Assembly: GCA_964016885.1 (NCBI GenBank) | Contig: OZ024740.1 | Location: forward strand, 159,154,001 to 159,218,000 | Reading direction: 5' to 3' | Origin: Eledone cirrhosa | Lineage: Eukaryota | DNA: 64,000 bases | Part shown: positions 16,770 to 29,830 of the stretch, in pieces | Layout: each line of letters starts with the position of its first letter | How positions within the stretch are numbered: the stretch's first letter is position 1 | Notes under the pieces: generated by a model | Database searches by the model: none | What the model saw: only the letters and a program-made list of their open reading frames with translations | What the model was told of the DNA's origin: nothing | Position numbers and translations under genes: made by a program

Positions 16770-17587
16770 TCAAAATATAACGAAGGAACCTAGCAGATAA
16801 AAATCTTTGGTGTTTAAATCAGAGACAAGAGGGCGGCCGGTATTTTAGCAGCTTGTGCGTCGACCACCCTCAAGTGCTGATAATTGGGTCAACATACTAC
16901 CTTCTGATGTGGGGACGTAAGCCTTTAATGTACTATCACCATCCCGTCAGATGGAAGTGTCAGCGCTGAGGTCACGTGTCAATCAGACTGGTCAGGCATG
17001 CTCTATATTGCCCCGCGAAATATGTTTTTTCAATGACAAACTGGCATAGAGATTAAAAAGGGAGAGAGTGTGAGTGAATGAAAGAGAGATAGAAAGAGAC
17101 AGAGAGAGCGTGTAGTAGAATGAAAAACAGAGAGATTGACATAGAGAGTGGGAAATAGAGTGTGTGTGTAATTGATATAGGAGATGGTGACAATTAACAT
17201 AAGGAGGCTTTTATGAAGAAATTTAGGTGTGATATACATAGTCACGATAAATTGTCAGGGTCGTATATACAGTAAAAATATGCCCGTGCTAGCGGGTCAA
17301 TGCCCAGCGACGACTATGGGTCCCGCGCTAGCCACCCCCTTCCACGTGCTAGCTGTTCCGAGTAATATTGTCTAGCGAAAGAAAGAAAATAGTTTTTCCG
17401 AGCACTCCAGGAATGTAGCTGTGTAAGGCGTCGGTTGTGCCAAACAGACATAGAGATTAAAAAGGGAGAGAGTGTGTGTGAATGAAAGAGACAGGGCATT
17501 TGTGATCCACGTTGAATATTAAGACTCGAACATACACCAGGTATCACCTGATACCACTCCTTCTCTTCCATCCTCTATATCTATATG

Positions 17588-18257
17588 TGTAGTGACCTAC
17601 ATTCCGCGGGCTCACATACATTCTCTGTGCGTGATTTGGCTCAGCTCAGCCAATCAACGCCAGTAGAAGAGGATGTATCCCTACGCGCCCTGACGGAGAG
17701 ATTCCCCGCGAAGATTTGAAGAATCTCTCTCTCGCACCAGGAACTTCGAACCAGCAACATGTACAACATGTGACGGTGAGATTTTGCACTTTGGCCTGCC
17801 GGCTTTCCGGCGCAATGGCACATTCCCTTTTGTAACCTCATTTTATGTGTAACTTCAACCATACAAGTTAACAAACATTATTTGTGCTACAACAAAAATA
17901 AACATACATTTCATCTCTAATTTCTGCTGTTGACATCATTATTGTGTTACTCGTGTCTCAATAACATTTATACACCATGCTGCTAAAAGTGGTGACCCCG
18001 ACGTGATGAATAATTTCAGTTCAAAATATTCCTTTTGAAATAAAATTAAAATTGGCAGTGTATGTATAAACAAATTTACGCCACGAGGAAATTTTAAAAC
18101 GGCTACCATCAAGTACCAGCCATCAGCAGCAACAAATGGCTAACTATTAACCAACACCAGGGAATGGCTTGTAACTTTACCGACGCAACCATCATACCTT
18201 CTGTCTCGTTACCACAAGGACTCGAAAAATTAAGACATTATACACCATGCTGCTAAA
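17588..18257 (+). mobile_element. Internally deleted LTR retrotransposon (Ty3/gypsy-like): 5' LTR, PBS, short leader and 3' LTR stub
   Basis: LTR TGTAG...CTAAA at 17588-17987; the LTR end atacaccatgctgctaaa is repeated at 18240-18257; 4-bp TSD TATG on both sides. Confidence 0.8.
17990..18007 (+). promoter_or_regulatory. Primer binding site complementary to the tRNA-Trp 3' end
   Basis: TGGTGACCCCGACGTGAT, the 18-nt tRNA-Trp PBS, 2 nt after the LTR end. Confidence 0.9.
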
Positions 18258-19897
18258 TATGTATAAGCCTGTATTATCCGAATGCTCCTCGATCTTTCTT
18301 ATATTTCCCCTGTGTTTTGATTTCCTCGATATGTTCTCTGTACTTCCGTTTTACTACATGCATCACCACCCTAGTTATGACTTCATTTTTTAATTTATGT
18401 ATTTTTATTGTTTTATTCGGATTTTTACTTCTTATGCTGTATTTTGCGTATTATTCCTTTACTTATGTATGTATTACTCGCTCTATTACCAGTACATAAC
18501 TACCACTGTGATCTCTATGTACCCATATATCTTTTTTCCTTATTCATTCCCCATACCCACACTAGAACTACACTAATACCACCTGGACTAACTGGGGACT
18601 TCACATAGGATATTAGCGCAGTTCATCGCGTTTTACCAATCTCAACCTCACACCACGCGATGATACCACGGATGTGGCGGATTTCCTGACTGTGCGCTGG
18701 CCAATCGGGCATTTTATCCTTCCTTGAGTGCTTGGAAAAATAAATTTCCCCTTCTTTCGATAAACGAAACTACTCGGAACCGCTCCTCCGTCACGGGGCT
18801 ATGCCGGACTCGAGACTCGACACGCCGCCGGCATTGACCGCCAAATATTACCTTCATTTTCTAGGCCTAGTGATAACCCTTAACTGTATCATGCCTCTTC
18901 CTACTAGCACTTAACTAAACCCCTACACTGTGTGATATAATAGCAACCGCTTGGTATATACTATGGCCAGCCGGCGATGGGGGGATCCGCGTTGACACAA
19001 CCGACGCCTAACACAGCTACATTCCTGGAGTGCTCGGAAAAACTATTTTCTTTCTTTCGCTAGACGATATTACTCGGAACAGCTGGCACGTGGGAGGGGT
19101 TGGCTAGCGCGGGCTCGTCGTCGTCGCTGGGCATTGACCGCTAGCACGGGCATATTTTTACTGTATATACCACCCTGACAATTAATCGTGACTATGTATA
19201 TCACACCTAAACTTCTTCATAAAAGCCTCCTTGTCACCATCTCTCTATATCAATTACACACACACTCTCTATTTCCCACTCTCTATGTTTTTCATTCTAC
19301 TACACCCTCTCTCTGTTTTACTCTCTCTGTCACGTTCTATCTCTCTCCCTTTTTAATCTCTATGTCTGTCTTTGAAAAAACATATTTCGCGGAGCAATAT
19401 CGAGTACGCCTGACCAGCCAGATTGACACGTGATCTCAGCGCTGACACCTCCATCTGACGGGATGGTGGTAGTACATTAAAGGCTTACGCCCCCACATCA
19501 GAAGGTAGTATCTTGACCCAATTATCAGCACTTGAGGGTGGTCGACGCAGCTACAAGTTGCTAAAATACCGGCCGCCCTCTTGTCTCTGATTTAAACACC
19601 AAGGATTTTTATCTGCTATATTCCTTCGTTATATTTTCAATTACATGATGATGTCACCGAATTCATACTGAACCCTGTCATTGAAATGATCATAGTATAA
19701 TAAACCTTTCAAGGATTTACACCAGAACTTGCCTCCTGTTATTTTGTAAGAATTAACTCCAAACTCGCACCAACAACTACACAAACAAAGACGGGTGGTT
19801 GCATTACGTTGAGTGCTTTCCATAACATGACGACACAGAATGACCAGTTCTACCCAGTGGTGAACCAACAAACCCAAATAATTAAATATATAAATAA

Positions 19898-19951
<54 letters not shown>

Positions 19952-19985
19952 AGATTTGAATGGATACAGTTTAGTTGAAAGGAAT

Positions 19986-20102
19986 TTATTGACACGTGTT
20001 TCTATAACAGTTACATAACCTAAAACAGCTATCTACAAACTTTTAGTTATGCAGACATTCAATATTTCAATGTTATTATTTACTGTCATTTCATCAGAAT
20101 AA
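19986..20102 (-). ncRNA. Hammerhead ribozyme, inverted copy of 21235-21351
   Basis: Reverse complement of 21235-21351. Confidence 0.72.
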
Positions 20103-20690
20103 TATTACTGAGGACCTATTTAGTTTTTATAGAGAATATTAGGAGGGAGGGGTGAAGTTGTTAGAAGAATAGTTGAAGGAGTGGTTTTTCGATAGCAGTG
20201 AGAATTCTTGGTGGCAGTGAGTAATTAGATTCCCATCTGTTGTTTTGACATTTTTTATAGAATATATTATTGGTTATTTTTCTAAATCTATAGAAGGATT
20301 AGAGATAGTAAAGATATGCGTGGTTGGTTTTGTGTTTGCACTTAACATTCAGACTTAAATTTTTCTTTCAAGTGTACGTATTCTTTCACCCACGCATTCA
20401 CACACAAATATATTTGCACACCTCTACAAAATACATATACTCACAATTCACATATTCATACTTACATATATATACACATGCATACACATATATATACACA
20501 CATGTATTCATGTACATACATACGCGCTCATGTGTATACATTTTCATACTCAACTTATCTTTATATATACACACGTATAGACACACACATATATACATAC
20601 ACACTCTAGTCCATGTGTACACACATACACATACATACACATCCATATACACATACATACATACACATATATATATACATATATATATAC

Positions 20691-20737
<47 letters not shown>

Positions 20738-21234
20738 CATATACATATATACACATATATACATATACACACACACATATATATATATATAAGCACTTTA
20801 ATACATGAATACACTTACATCTAACTATACACATCAAACATATATATATATTTACTTATTTATATACATTTTCACATATATATACATACTTATGGACGTT
20901 TTTAGACACATTCATTATCGCATATTTGTACCTATTCTCATCAGCATATCTTTTCATTATTAGTATGGTAATTTAAGGTTATTAATATATGTTGAGAAGA
21001 GATTGTTTTTATATTTTTCTATATTTTACTATCTCTAATCCTTCTATAGATTTAGAAAAATAACCAATAATATATTCTATAAAAAATGTCAAGACAACAG
21101 ATGGGAATCTAATTACTCACTGCCACCAAGAATTCTCACTGCTATCGAAAAACCACTCCTTCAACTATTCTTCTAACAACTTCACCCCTCCCTCCTAATA
21201 TTCTCTATAAAAACTAAATAGGTCCTCAGTAATA

Positions 21235-21351
21235 TTATTCTGATGAAATGACAGTAAATAATAACATTGAAATATTGAATGTCTGCATAACTAAAAGTTT
21301 GTAGATAGCTGTTTTAGGTTATGTAACTGTTATAGAAACACGTGTCAATAA
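21235..21351 (+). ncRNA. Type I hammerhead ribozyme with branched stem II
   Basis: TTATT-CTGATGA-A-ATGACAGT...(two internal hairpins)...ACTGTTAT-A-GAAA-CACGTG-TC-AATAA. Confidence 0.78.
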
Positions 21352-21498
21352 ATTCCTTTCAACTAAACTGTATCCATTCAAATCTTTCTATTTTTCTCCG
21401 GATTACTTTTGGAACTACAACTGGAACCGTCGAGCAAACTCTACGTGAGCTGATAATCTACTGTGTGTAATATTTATATTACAACACAACGGAAAATA

Positions 21499-22299
<801 letters not shown>

Positions 22300-22303
<4 letters not shown>

Positions 22304-22856
22304 GGAAAAAATGAAACTAAATTTCATTTCCCACTCTTAGTACGGCTGTTACTTAAATACAAGTATGTACACGTACATGTATATATATACATACTACTGT
22401 AGTCTGTATACATATATGTATGTACGTGTACATACTTATATTTAAGTAACAGCCGTACTAAGAGTGGGAAATGAAATTTAGTTTCATTTTTTCCGTTTAT
22501 CGTTTTCGGTGCACCCGGCCGATTAACCCACTCGATATGCAAATTAGGCTACTCAGCCATTAATATGCATAAGGTAAGTATATACGTTCAACAATCTGGC
22601 AGGAAGGTATACGTTGCTGACGATAGCTAATAAGCTTGAAACTAGTACAGCGTTCCTTTGTCAGTGTTGAACAAACTAGCAACGATGTTTGCTGGACACT
22701 ACGGCTTAATACGGGATGTTTGTTTACAAACACACCGAGCATTATAATAAATGTTCGGTGAATCCATACGTACATGTATATATGTGTGCATGTATGTATA
22801 TATATATACATACTACTGTACGTCTGTATACATATATGTATGTACGTGTACATACT

Positions 22857-22862
<6 letters not shown>
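22300..22862 (+). mobile_element. ~415-bp HHR element with 5' fold-back and terminal direct repeat
   Basis: Palindrome at 22300-22500; 22377-22440 is repeated at ~22790-22862; HHR at 22611-22653. Confidence 0.75.
22611..22653 (+). ncRNA. Minimal type I hammerhead ribozyme
   Basis: ACGTTG-CTGACGA-T-AGCT-aata-AGCT-T-GAAA-CTAG-TA-CAGCGT. Confidence 0.82.
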
Positions 22863-22902
<40 letters not shown>

Positions 22903-22907
<5 letters not shown>

Positions 22908-24182
22908 TAGTATTGGCGCTCTGAAATAGCGATGTATATATGAATATATGTATAGTATATTTGATAATATAATGTATGTTTAATTAAAAAACATTTTGAA
23001 GACCATTCGCTATGAATTTTAAAGTAGTGACTATGTCATTCTCGCGAATAAGTAAGTGACATAGTCATTACTTTAAAATTCATAGCGAATGGTCTTCAAA
23101 ATTTCGTTTCTGAATTTGTTTAGCAAGATTCTTTATCTGGAAACGTGTGTTAAAACTGATATTGTTATACTTTGGTAGGGTCATGTTGCCAATAAGAAAC
23201 ACACGCACCAGTTGCTTTGACTCCAATTATTATAAATTAAATTTATAAATTTAAGAATTCATAAATTTCTGGTTGGTTGGTTGGTTCCACAACCGGACGG
23301 TTGTTCATATATTGTCAAAGTTCTTTCGTCACACATTCTGTGACCTCTTCAGTGACTGGTGATTCTTTTATTTGTTTTGTGCCTCTCCTTTGTTCTGTCC
23401 TACGCCATCTTGTTTTTGTGTGTGTTGTGTGCTTAGTTTGCGCATGTGTTACATCCGGGTGTCTGTGTGTGTTTTTATTTGTTTATTTATTTGTTTATGT
23501 TACTGGTTGGTTGTTTATTCTATGTGTGTATTTTCATGTCCTTAATTGTAAGTTGTGATGTTGCTATTCCATTCATGTTTTCTATTTAATTTTGGTTGGA
23601 GTTCATTTATGTTTATTGCCTTTGTGATTTGTCTAAACATTGCGTCTTTTCTGTGTGTAGATTCTATTTTTATTTCTATGTTCTCTAATTTGCCCTTCAA
23701 AATGTTTTCTAATTAATACAGTATATTATCTAATGTACTATACATACATTCATATATACATCGCTATTTCAGAGCACCAATAGTAATACATCATTTTTGC
23801 TGGACCGGCAACCGCTGTTTTATCAGCTCTTAAACATTACTGGAATTCTATAAGAATCCATCTTCTATAATTCTCGACAGAAGCGAAGGTGTAACTAGTC
23901 TCGGTAACTGCTAACGAGCGAGAAACAGGAGTCTCGATTACTCCCCTTTGTTTTTGCCGAGATTAAGTAAGTGACATAGTCGCTACTTTAAAATTCATAT
24001 ATATAAACACCATGCATATTTCTATAGGTAAGTAGTGCCTGTTGGAATATCCATACCCTTTTATGATTTTTCTCCTTATGTAGAGAACAAAACGTATCGC
24101 GCTACTATTTTTAGTGGCATGATCAACAACTTTATAATAACCAGCTTTTACTTGTGGCCTAATTTTGCGTGTGTCACTTATG

Positions 24183-24214
<32 letters not shown>

Positions 24215-24530
24215 TATATGGATGTATATATAATGTATTTTGCAATACACTTTATGCTTAATTAAAAGCATTTTGAAGACCGTAAGCTATTGTTTTAAAG
24301 TAGTGACAAATTCACTCACTTTGATCTCAGCAAACAGGGGAGATAAGCCGACAAGTCTTGTTTCGCTTTGGTTGAAGCTTATCAAGGCCAACTACCCCAC
24401 CTGTCTACTGAGATCATTGATGTTATATTCTTATAGAAATCTAGTAAATAATCAGGAGCTGATTATGCAGAGCGGTTGTTGGTCAGGCAGAAATTAAAAA
24501 TTAGAATTGGAGCTCTGAAATAGCAACATA
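22903..24530. repeat. Nested inverted and direct repeats upstream of the PLE ORF
   Basis: Palindrome at ~22993-23102; 22903-23002 is inverted at 23695-23790; related pieces at 23963-24000 and 24260-24530. Confidence 0.6.
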
Positions 24531-24532
24531 TA

Positions 24533-25914
24533 TACTCAGTTTTGATGTGGTAAGCCTTTACACCAACATTACACATGATTTAGGAATAAAGGCGGTTAAA
24601 TACTGGGTGGAAAAACATAGAGAAGTGATTCCCATTAGATTCACAGCGCCATTTATATTAGACGCAGTTAAACTTATTCTGGAAAACAACACTTTCTTCT
24701 TCAATGGAAAGAATTACATCCAAATTAGAGGCACAGCGATGGGAACGAAGTTTGCTCCCGTTTACGCGAACTCTGTAATGGGATACTTAGAACAACAACT
24801 CTACCAAGAAATAGAGGAAAAATATAGTACTGACTTTAGAAAGTACATTGAAAAATCTTGGAAGAGATACCTTGACGACTGTTTCATCATCTGGACAGAA
24901 TCTTTAGATACTCTGGATGAGTTCATTATCCTCCTGAATAACCTACACCCATCTCTCCAATTCACAAAAGAGATGAGTAGGACCAAATTACCATTCCTAG
25001 ATATAATGATAATCAAAAACGACACCACCATTACCACGGATATATATTATAAACACACAGACACCCATCAATATCTGAATTTTAAGTCGTGCCATCCACC
25101 TCATACAAAATGCAACATCCCATACTGCCTAGCCAGAAGAATTTGTACCATTGTAGAAGATACGAATACCAGGTACAAACGCCTAACAGAACTAAAAGAA
25201 TTTTTGCTCAAACAAAAATACCCATCTCTACTTATAGAAAATGGCATACAGCGGTCTATAAAAATACCTATACAACAACTTAGAACAACCCAAGGAAGAA
25301 GAAACCAAGAACTGGTCATACCATTTATAATAACACACAACCCATGTCACCAGAATATCTTCAACACTGCCAAAGCAAACCTACCGATCATTGCTCAAAG
25401 TAATGAATTAAAAGGCTTAATCACAGATCGATCTTTGACACTTAGTAAAAGACAGCCAAAAAATTTGAAGCAATTACTAACAAAAGCAAAGTTTGACCTT
25501 AACAACAAAGACCAATCATTCACTGTATCTAAATGCAATGATAGTCGATGCGGCACATGTCAATCCATACACGCCGGTCAATATATGAAAACAAAAACTG
25601 GAAAAATATTCCCAAATGCAAATATGAACTGCAAAAGCAGAAATCTAATTTACTGCATTAAATGCCTGAATTGTGAAGAACTATATGTCGGTCAAACTGG
25701 AAATGCACTATCGGAACGTGCACGGGTACACCGTCAACAAATCAGAGACCCAAATGTCCGTCAGATACCCCTAAGCGGCCACCTGGCAACATGTGGTCAA
25801 GGAATATTTATAATATTCCCATTCTACAAATTACACAGCCCAAGTGAAATCAAGAGAAAAATCAAAGAAAAGAATTTTATTGATAAATTCAAACCCAAGC
25901 TAAATGAACAATAA
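24533..25914 (+). CDS. Penelope-like element RT + GIY-YIG endonuclease (Neptune/Naiad-type), 5'-truncated with an open frame
   Basis: FDVVSLYTNI, GTAMGTKFAP, KRYLDDCF, LPFLDI, YLNFKSCHP, CNDSRCGTC linker and NLIYCIKCLNCEELYVGQTG; 455 codons without a stop. Confidence 0.93.
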
Positions 25915-26303
25915 TAACGCTTAGGGGTACTACTCCTACTACCATTATGACCACGACCACTAACAACAACAACAACAACAACAACAACAATAATAATAAT
26001 AATAATAAAAGTGATGTTGATGGTGATGATTAATAGAAAATGCTATTTTCATCATTTCTAAACATAGCAAAACAATTGATGCTTTGGATATGTTCATTGG
26101 TCGTTAGCATGCTCAACCAGCCGTGACGCTTAAACCAATCAGCTTTAGTAATTCAGTGAAACTACACACTGATTGGTCGAAATACAGTTTACAGGGCTTA
26201 GCAATCTGGAGCCACTTTTCTCTGTATAAAATGTATAAAAGGTAGGAAATTTACCCATCTCATTACAGTTGAAAATTGCAAACTCGACTGTCACCACATA
26301 TTA

Positions 26304-26342
26304 TGAACCTGAAGATTGCGAAAGCATGAAAGTACTTGTTCA
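26304..26342 (+). ncRNA. Minimal type I hammerhead ribozyme in the 3' pLTR of the PLE
   Basis: TGAAC-CTGAAGA-T-TGC-gaaa-GCA-T-GAAA-GTAC-TT-GTTCA. Confidence 0.82.
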
Positions 26343-26931
26343 ACTAACACTTAGAATTTAATATTCTATCATACTATTTCATTATAATACCATTATATAT
26401 TTTAAAGGATTGTAAATAAAACGAGTAAATCAGACAAAGTTGGAATTTCTCTTATTAATATAATCTTCTATACACAATCATACACACCCGTGTATATCTA
26501 CCTATCTATATCTCTCTCTCTATATATATATATGCGTGTGTGTTCGTTTGTGTGGCTGTCCGCCTGCGGTTTGCAACGCTTTAAATATTTACATACACAA
26601 TGCATTTCCTATCACACTCCACTTTCTAACCTTACATTTGCCCCTGTAAAAAGTTATTTCTCCACAGTTAATCCAATGTGTCAATTGTACATATGCTGAA
26701 CATTTATGCAATTATATCCCAGAAATAACGTATTGTATTATTTCTATATTTAATCATTTCCACTCGTTATTATTCAACATAAACTAAACAGGTTTTCTCA
26801 TTCAAAACCTAAATTTCCCAATTTGGATGATTTTTCATGCATCCAGTAATCCTGGATATATATAAAATAAAATAAAAATTTCGCTCTACATGGCTGAATA
26901 CAATAAATGTAATCTGAGTTTTTCGAATATT

Positions 26932-27116
26932 AATAATTGTTTCTACTTTTGGCACAAGGCCAGCAATTACCCAGTGCATTACTGGTACTTATTTTATCGA
27001 CCCCGTAAGGATAAAAGGTAAAGTTAACATCGGCGGGATTCGAACTCAGAATGGAAAGGGCCGTAACTCTATGCGTCAAAGCAGGGCGTGCGACCCTCTA
27101 CCGATACTGCCAATCC
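26932..27116 (-). mobile_element. tRNA-derived SINE (octopus OK/OR-like) with target-site duplication
   Basis: A-box TGGCAGTATCGG, B-box GAGTTCGAATCC, central CCTTTTATCCTTACGGGGTCGATAAAATAAGTACC; ttcgaatattaata on both flanks. Confidence 0.85.
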
Positions 27117-27232
27117 TTCGAATATTAATAATAATATTCGATTTGTTTGCAATTATGCAAACAAGCCTCATTTTTGAAGCCATGTCAGTAGAATGAACCC
27201 CTTATTCTTGCTCTTGTGTTGGCATGTAAACA

Positions 27233-27277
27233 GAACTGCAGACTGTTTCTGGGTATTACCCTTCATCAGTACAGTTC
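27233..27277 (-). ncRNA. Minimal type I hammerhead ribozyme
   Basis: GAACTGTA-CTGATGA-A-GGGT-aat-ACCC-A-GAAA-CAG-TC-TGCAGTTC (8-bp stem I, GUC cleavage triplet). Confidence 0.85.
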
Positions 27278-27367
27278 ACGGTTCACCTGTCAACTGTCAG
27301 AGCTAGTTAAAATATATATTTTCTAAAATATACAGTGACTGAACCTACAGTAATTGGACGTTACAAT

Positions 27368-27409
<42 letters not shown>

Positions 27410-27719
27410 GGTGGCTGCCAACTCGTTTTCGAGTACGGCCACTACTTTATATCCATGTAGGAGAAGCCCTACCGATGCGCTGAACGAGTGTGACTTTTTA
27501 GTCCAGCCAGCGACTTGAAAACTCTGGTACAAACACTACACTTGTGACAATTATTGACACATAGTGATGGGCCCATGGTACCATGTGACGACAAGTGCAG
27601 AGAGATCTCCAGATATAAAGCAATGCCTATGCGGTGAAGCTTTTATAGTGAGCAAAGGCACTGCACAAAGCCAGTCCCACTCTGTTAACCAAGATGATAT
27701 TTACCAAAAAGAAGAACAA

Positions 27720-28017
27720 GTCAACATCATTGGATACCATCAGGGTTGCAGGTGTTATATCAGAGTTTTCCTTCTCCTAGAATTCTGCCTTGACAAAGGC
27801 TAAGGGGTCATCTCTCCCAGTGATTTTGGATGGCTATTGACTCTTAAGAGCTCCTTTGCCCTTTGACAGGTTTTGTTTTTAGTCCTGCAGGATGTCCAAA
27901 GTCACCCTCCTCACCAAGAAACCTTGGTGGGGTTGCCAGTTTAGTCGCCAACGACCCGACCATGAGACAGGTTGTACTGGAATACATGTTACCAGTACCA
28001 CCAACTGGTGACCTGAC

Positions 28018-28109
<92 letters not shown>

Positions 28110-28212
28110 TCTTTTACTCTTTTACCTGTTTCAGCCATACCACCAGTTGGTGGTACTGGTAACATGTATTCCAGTACAACCTGTCTCATGTTCGGGTCGT
28201 TGGCGACTAAAC
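27720..28212 (-). mobile_element. Probable 5' UTR fragment of an RTE-like LINE, with a 70-bp inverted duplication around (TA)n
   Basis: Minus strand reads ...TTAGCCTTTGTCAAGGCAGAATTCTAGGAGAAGGAAAACTCTGA, resembling RTE 5' UTR motifs as I recall them; 27940-28010 is inverted at 28142-28212. Confidence 0.45.
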
Positions 28213-28236
28213 CTTAAGCACTTGGAAACGCACGAA

Positions 28237-29111
28237 TGGACCTGTTATTTTTATCTAAATACATTTTTTCCAATTACATCCCGCCCATCCCCTCAATCTA
28301 TCTTATTTCTCATTCCTTCTTCTGATTAAGGACTAGCGTCCGAAACGTTAACACACTCTTCCTGCTATATCAAGCGTTAACCTAATCTATCCCTTCCATA
28401 TACTGTACCGATTGTGTTGTTATTTCTGTTTACCTTTTACATACATACTTACACCCGGCTCTCATCCTTGTTCCCGATCCCGCTGCAACACTTGTCCCTT
28501 CATTTCCACCCTCACCAATCTTACAGGCCCTATCGGGTCTTTCCGTATCCGCCACTCGTTCACCTGCACATCCACCCACGTTGTCTATTCCCTCCGGTGT
28601 TCCCTTTGCGAGTCTTTATATATCGGACAAACGGGACGCCGTATGGCGGACCGTTCTGCGGCGCATTTGAGGGACATACGACTCGGTTTGGATACTCCTG
28701 TCGCCCGTCATTTCTGTTGTCCTGGTCATTATTCCCTACATGTTTCAGTCCTGGGTGTCCTTTTACATCATGGATCAGAGGCCTCGCACACCAGGACTGA
28801 ACAAAGTCTGATTCACCGCCTTGGGTTCTATTTCCCTCTTGGACTCAACTCCCCTCCCCAATTTCTCTAATGCCCCGACCATTATGACACCCTAGATTCT
28901 TATTGCTTTCTCTTGATCATTAACATCTTCTCTTACAACTAATACAGGTCGACTGTATATGCTCACTCCACTTTTCCCTTCACTGCTCTGTATACACACA
29001 TACACACCCTTATATAAACATACTTTTGCTCAGAGCTTCGTACTTACATACACACACACTCTTTTACTCACATATACATACACATTTCTTATTAGCTTCG
29101 TACGGACGTAT

Positions 29112-29181
<70 letters not shown>

Positions 29182-29535
29182 GCTTACGCACGTGCACAAG
29201 TAAAGCTCTTTTTACAAAACGGTTTTTTTTTCCATTTTAGGTAGACGTGCTCCATCATCCACTTTTCTAAAAAATAAATCATACATAAAACGCCAGCACC
29301 AACAGTTTTGCAAGAGATGTCAACATGATTCGACCTGTTATTTTTATCTAAAGATATTTTTTCTAATTCCAACCCACCCGTCCCCTCAACCTATCTTATT
29401 TCTCATTCTTTCTTCTGATTAAGGACTAGTGTCCGAAACGTTAAGGCCCTCTTCCTGCTATATCAAGCGTTAACCTAATACATCCCTTCCATATACTGTG
29501 CCGATTGTGTTGTTATTTCTGTTTACCTTTTACAT
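28237..29535 (+). mobile_element. PLE 3' fragment: pLTR - GIY-YIG - pLTR (direct repeats)
   Basis: ~205-bp direct repeats at 28237-28445 and 29330-29535; ORF 28412-28870 has CSRSRCNTC and VVYSLRCSLCESLYIGQTGR...HLRDI...PVARHF. Confidence 0.88.
29411..29446 (+). ncRNA. Hammerhead-like motif with a non-canonical core (CTGATTAA); second copy at ~28318-28352
   Basis: CTT-CTGATTAA-GGAC-tagt-GTCC-GAAA-CG-TT-AAG; G8 is missing in both copies. Confidence 0.55.
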
Positions 29536-29596
29536 ATATATATATATATGGAATGAATAATAAAAACCGTAGCGGTATGTCACATATCAAATCTTA

Positions 29597-29659
29597 TATT
29601 TTGTCTGATGAAAACGTACTTAAACACCATTGTACCTTTGAAATATGTATAATAAAATA
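29597..29659 (+). ncRNA. Type I hammerhead ribozyme
   Basis: TATTTTGT-CTGATGA-AAAcGTAC...GTACcTTT-GAAA-TATGTA-TA-ATAAAATA. Confidence 0.75.
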
Positions 29660-29771
29660 CATATTTTAATTATGAGAATATTTTGCATTTATTAACATTT
29701 TGAATAATATGTATATACATACATATAAACAAGAGCTATAAGTCAACATTTCATAATTTACTTCTTTCATT

Positions 29772-29830
29772 ACCGTTATATATATTTCGGTGATAGCCAC
29801 AATTCAGCAGCTATGACCTCTTCAGACAGT
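29772..29830 (-). ncRNA. Type I hammerhead ribozyme
   Basis: ACTGT-CTGAAGA-GGTcATAGC...GCTATcACC-GAAA-TATATA-TA-ACGGT. Confidence 0.8.

Larger units (their letters stand above)
16664..19880. mobile_element. Non-coding HHR element with ~770-bp inverted arms (16664-17440 and 18995-19745)
   Basis: The arms are reverse complements with some divergence. The HHR core is intact in the left arm and mutated (ATGATGA) in the right arm. Flanked by TA tracts. Confidence 0.7.
19947..21480. mobile_element. HHR-bearing element with near-identical ~370-bp inverted arms (19947-20315 and 21022-21390)
   Basis: The arms are near-perfect reverse complements, each holds an HHR, and the element is TA-flanked. Confidence 0.8.

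Noticed and set aside
24533-26400. Selenoprotein-encoding Naiad PLE
   Set aside because: There is no in-frame UGA in the ORF and no convincing SECIS fold downstream.
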